Positions 60,100-64,000 of a stretch of DNA of 64,000 nt are shown here, in pieces. The stretch comes from an uncultured Hormoscilla sp. (lineage in GTDB: Bacteria > Cyanobacteriota > Cyanobacteriia > Cyanobacteriales > Desertifilaceae). A program made the translations under genes and the position numbers. How positions within the stretch are numbered: the first letter of the stretch is position 1; each line of letters starts with the position of its first letter. The stretch covers positions 3,936,001 to 4,000,000 of the forward strand of contig OZ001293.3 in NCBI GenBank assembly GCA_963921275.4, in the 5' to 3' direction. The notes under the pieces were generated by a model, which was not told where the DNA came from, ran no database searches, and saw nothing but the letters and a program-made list of their open reading frames with translations.

Positions 60100-60450
60100 C
60101 CTGGATGAGTCTATTAAATGGACGCATTTAACTCCTCAGCAAATCGCCGATAAATTGTTGCGCTGGAATTTCAGTCAGCGTAACGGTTGTGGATAAATTG
60201 TTAGAAAAATACAAATTTCGTCGTCGCCAGGCTTTCAAAACCAAAGCTACTGGCGAGAACAAAGAGCGTAACCAGCAATTTGAGAATATAGACTCTCTTG
60301 TCGAAAGCTCTCAAAATGCTGGAAATCCCGTGATAAGTATGGACACAAAAAAAAAGAGTTTATCGGTCAACTGTATCGTGATGGACAGACCTATACTCAA
60401 GATAGAATCAAGGTTTACGACCATGATTGGCCATCTCTGGCTCAAGGCCG
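60100..60450 (+). mobile_element. ISAzo13-family transposase fragment
   Basis: IKWTHLTPQQIA, RNQQFENI..GNPVISMDTKKK, then LYRDG..VYDHDWPS in a shifted frame. Confidence 0.75.
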
Positions 60451-60452
60451 GA

Positions 60453-61407
60453 TCATATAGCATCTACTAGGGCCCGATAAGTTCTAGCTTCCAGCTTCTT
60501 GAGATAACTCTTCAGCTTTGACCAAAGATTTTCAATAGGGGAGAAGTCTGACGAATAAGGAGGAAGATAGACTAACCGTGCCCCCACTTTTTCAATTGCT
60601 TGCCGGATTACATCTCCTTGATGAATTTTACAGTTGTCCATCACAACGCCGGCTCCTTTCCACAGTTTGGGAACTAAGTGGCGAATTACAAATGCTAATA
60701 ATGTTAAGCTATCATAAGCACCTAATATATTAAATGAACTCACTATCCCATTGAGACTAACTAACAATTGAAACATTTTGTCCGCGCTTACTGGGTTTAC
60801 TTCCATAGGCTCTCAGACCACATGCGGGCATACATCGGTGTTAGAGCCAGGTTACAGCCGGATTTATCCAGGAAAATGAGGTCTTTAGCCTCTATACCTT
60901 CTATCTCTTTCCAGTAGTCAAACCTTAACTGTTGCACTCGCTCGCCTTTTTTTTTGTCGGATGTAATGCCTTTTTTTTGATGGTCAAACCGCTTAGTCAT
61001 CCTATCTAGAACGGCTGACTTTTACCCCTGTCTGTTTTTCTAATTATAACTGATATTCTTCCAATGTCCAATCATTATTTTATTCTACTAAAACTTTGAG
61101 CTTTTCCTGTTGTGTTGAGGAGGAAACGACCGCTACTTTTTCCCGGGTCGCCGGTTTCTCGGTACTGCTTGAGGATTTTGATGACGAAACTGAATGCTAC
61201 CCGGAATCTTTTGGCTAGTTGTCTTTGTGATATCACCTCATTTTCATAGGTTTCTATGATTTTCTGGCGGAGAGCAATTGAGTAGGGCTTCATAGTTTTT
61301 GAGGGTGACTGGCGAAAACTCATCGCCCCCTGTCTGGCGAATAGACGAAAACCGCATCCTAAACTATACTGCTTTTATTATCTCTCCAGAGTGATAAAAG
61401 AGCGCTA
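60453..61407 (-). mobile_element. IS630-family element, frameshifted and 3'-truncated
   Basis: MKPYSIALRQKII, LIFLDKSG, VVMDNCKIH, YLPPYSSDFSPIENLWSKLK. Confidence 0.85.
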
Positions 61408-61682
61408 TGAATCTAAAAAACCCGGGTTTCGCTCCCCACTCCCCACAAATACTAGGAAATATTAGCCGTACCCGGACGCATTATTAAGGAAAAGGCAGAA
61501 GAGAATGACAAGCTCAAATAATAGCTCGATGATGATTGCGTTTGTCGATCTGTAAGGGAACAGCTAATTTGGCAGACACTAACTTCTCTATTATAGTAGA
61601 TATTATAGTAGATAACAAATCTACATGGGATGGCATGAGGTTGGGTCGATCGCCAGTGTGACCCAACCTACCTTTGCACTCA

Positions 61683-62432
61683 TTAACCGATCGGGCTTAG
61701 CATTAAAGTGATTAAGGAGTGATGCATGTGATGATGCATAGCACCCGTGCGCAGCAGGGTGAGAAGGCCGACGATCAGAGTTAGCCAACCGCCGAGACGA
61801 TAGAGTTGCGATCGCCTCCAAGCGCTCAACTTAGACGTTGACACTCCCACTGTCAGCATCATCGGGAAAGTCCCCAACCCAAAGGCCAGCATCGTCCCTG
61901 CCCCCATCATCATACTACCGGTTTCGGCAGCTTTAATCTGTGCCGCATATAGGAACCCGCAGGGTATTAAACCCCAGACCATCCCCAGGGCGATCGGCGT
62001 CCACCAGTGGGAGTTAGCTGATAGTTTCATCATGGCAGCATTCAGGCGATCGTGCCAATTTCCTGGCAGCAGAGGATGTAATATGGGCAGAGGAGGAAGA
62101 AAACCGGGCTTGATCTGAACTAAGCCAAACCAAATCAACATCAAACCCGTAACAATAGCGAAACCCCGACGCATGGTGCTATCAACCCCTGCCAAAGCAC
62201 CACCTGCAATCAAAACCGAACCGACAGCCCCAATAGCAGCACCCACCATCACATAGCTGAAAATCCGTCCCAGATTTAGCATGGCGTGAAAATAGAAAGG
62301 TTGCCACTTTTTGGCAGATGTTTGCTTCTGTTGCAAAAGGGAAAATGCCACTGTCAGCGGACCGCACATGCCCGCACAGTGACCGAAACTCCCCAGAAAT
62401 CCCACTGATGCGATTAGATATAACTCCAGCAT
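61683..62432 (-). CDS. Sulfite exporter TauE/SafE-like (DsbD_2) membrane protein
   Basis: GSFGHCAGMCGPL, NLGRIFSY, GLIPCGFLY, MLAFGLGT. Confidence 0.88.
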   Translation of the reverse strand: MLELYLIASVGFLGSFGHCAGMCGPLTVAFSLLQQKQTSAKKWQPFYFHAMLNLGRIFSYVMVGAAIGAVGSVLIAGGALAGVDSTMRRGFAIVTGLMLIWFGLVQIKPGFLPPLPILHPLLPGNWHDRLNAAMMKLSANSHWWTPIALGMVWGLIPCGFLYAAQIKAAETGSMMMGAGTMLAFGLGTFPMMLTVGVSTSKLSAWRRSQLYRLGGWLTLIVGLLTLLRTGAMHHHMHHSLITLMLSPIG

Positions 62433-62751
62433 GATATCGATCTATGAATTATTCTCTTTAATTTTGACTCAATCCGCCATCTTTGTCAAAAGACAACCTG
62501 TCATACTCCTGTAACAGTAATTGGTGATTTCGTTCTGTAGGGTGGGCACCGCCCACCAGACGCTACTGATACCTACTATTCCGACCACTTGCTGAAGGGA
62601 TGCTGGGCTAAATAAGAATTAAAGTATCGGCGCTCGTCCGAAACTTCTTTCCCTTGTAACAGTAATTTTTGATTTGGTTCTGTAGGGTGGGCATCGCCCA
62701 CCAGACGCTACCGGTACTGTAGAATGATTTAATTTACTCCATTTTCGATAC

Positions 62752-63225
62752 CTACTCTTCCGACCACTTGCTGAAGGGATGCTGGGCTAAATAAGAATTA
62801 AAGTATCGGCGCTCGCCCGAAACTTCTTTCCCTATCCAGTCTGGCAGTTCAACGGTCTGATTTTCGTCCGTAAGTTCTACTTCTGCCATAATTAATCCTT
62901 GATTTTCCCCTGCAAACTCGTCTACTTCCCAGATTACACCATCCCTGGAAATCTTGTATCTGGTTTTTTCTATTTGGGGCCGATCGCATAGCTTTTCCAG
63001 CATTTCTCTAGCATCCTCTCCTGGAATATCATACTCATACTCTGTCCGAGAAATTCCCACCGTTGTGCTTTTCAGCGTCAAGTAACCCCGATCTCCTACC
63101 AGACGCACCCTGACAGTGCAGCCATTTTGAGTAGCAATGTAACCTTGGCGATAGACGACACCCTTAGCGAGCGCTCGCCACTCATCACCCTTTACTAAAA
63201 ATTTCCGCTCTATTTCAGTTGCCAT
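62752..63225 (-). CDS. CYTH domain protein
   Basis: EIERKFLV, RQGYI, EKTRY, WEVDEF..AEVEL. Confidence 0.93.
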   Translation of the reverse strand: MATEIERKFLVKGDEWRALAKGVVYRQGYIATQNGCTVRVRLVGDRGYLTLKSTTVGISRTEYEYDIPGEDAREMLEKLCDRPQIEKTRYKISRDGVIWEVDEFAGENQGLIMAEVELTDENQTVELPDWIGKEVSGERRYFNSYLAQHPFSKWSEE

Positions 63226-63871
63226 CTTTACTATTTAGTTGCTCTCTCACCCAATTTCGGAATGCTCTCATTGTAGCATTCCTCCCCACTATTTTACTTT
63301 GTTCCAGATACTTATGCATCACCTCAACTATCGGGAGGCTGGGAAAATGGGGGCTAACTTCCGACTCAATATACTCAGATCCTTGCAGCACATTTATCTC
63401 CAGCCTGCGCCCGTTATATCGCCAGATTTCCGGCACCCTTAACCATTCGTAATTATCAAACCTAGTGCGGGAGATGATGTCAATTTCAATCGCCAAGTCT
63501 GGAGGTGGATCTACATTTAAGTCGATCCGCTTCTTCCCTCTGATCTGGGCTTCGTTCTCGATATAGAAACATGCGTCCGCTTCTATCGCCTGGGCCATGT
63601 TTTCGTTTTTGAAGGTGGTAGAACCCAGAGCCCGAAATTCAATATCCAGTTCTTCCAGAAGAACCTTAACCAAGTCGCCTATAATTTCTTTATCATCTTC
63701 ATGTTCTGGCAGGGGGGTCATGATTGACAACATTCCTTTGCTATAGGACAATCGAGCTGCACGAGTTTCGCCCAACTCATCTAAAATGGTTTCCAACATC
63801 GGCTAGGGGACATTTTTCAGCAACAACTCCTGACCTGGTGGTATAATCAATTGATTCAGTTCCAGTTGCAT
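63215..63871 (-). pseudogene. Uma2 family endonuclease with an in-frame TAG near the N-terminus
   Basis: MQLELNQLIIPPGQELLLKNVP*PMLETIL...; EADACFYI, PPDLAIEID. Stop at 63803-63805. Confidence 0.8.
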
Positions 63872-64000
63872 TGTCTCACCTTTGGTAACAGTCAACCGGT
63901 CATTATCAGACCAAAACTAGCAAAATTAAGATTAGTATAGCATATGCTAGAGCCGATCGCCCTATTCAACGAAAATTTTTACCTCGCCCAGAACCAGGAT

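Overview
This window is from a cyanobacterial chromosome (many GCGATCGC HIP1 sites, crtH, cyAbrB, sppA) undergoing heavy decay, with many pseudogenes, IS fragments and MITEs. That pattern fits a host-associated filamentous cyanobacterium (inference). Housekeeping genes include aroE, upp, crtH, pyrR, fni, sppA, cbiB/cobD and a damaged nfi. The main feature, largely invisible in the ORF track, is eight group II introns (about 7.9 kb). Four are near-identical ORF-less family A copies (870-871 nt), two are near-identical ORF-less family B copies (835 nt), one is an ORF-less 688-nt intron, and one is a decayed RT-encoding intron with a family A copy nested in it (twintron). Reconstructing the host reading frames indicates that families A and B end 9 nt from the branch A, at ...ACCCCAUCC and ...ACCCCGACU, instead of at the canonical AY. 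A matching G/C versus A/U change at the gamma-gamma' pair supports this. Two copies sit in sense orientation in otherwise intact genes (a PIN toxin and a DUF4126 protein), so those genes should depend on splicing. Also present are a family of nested hairpin repeats (one inserted in frame in cbiB), a four-helix-bundle cassette bounded by inverted repeats, several MITEs with clean target duplications, and a broken surface-protein gene with plant-type LRRs and cadherin repeats. All calls come from reading the sequence; no database searches were run.
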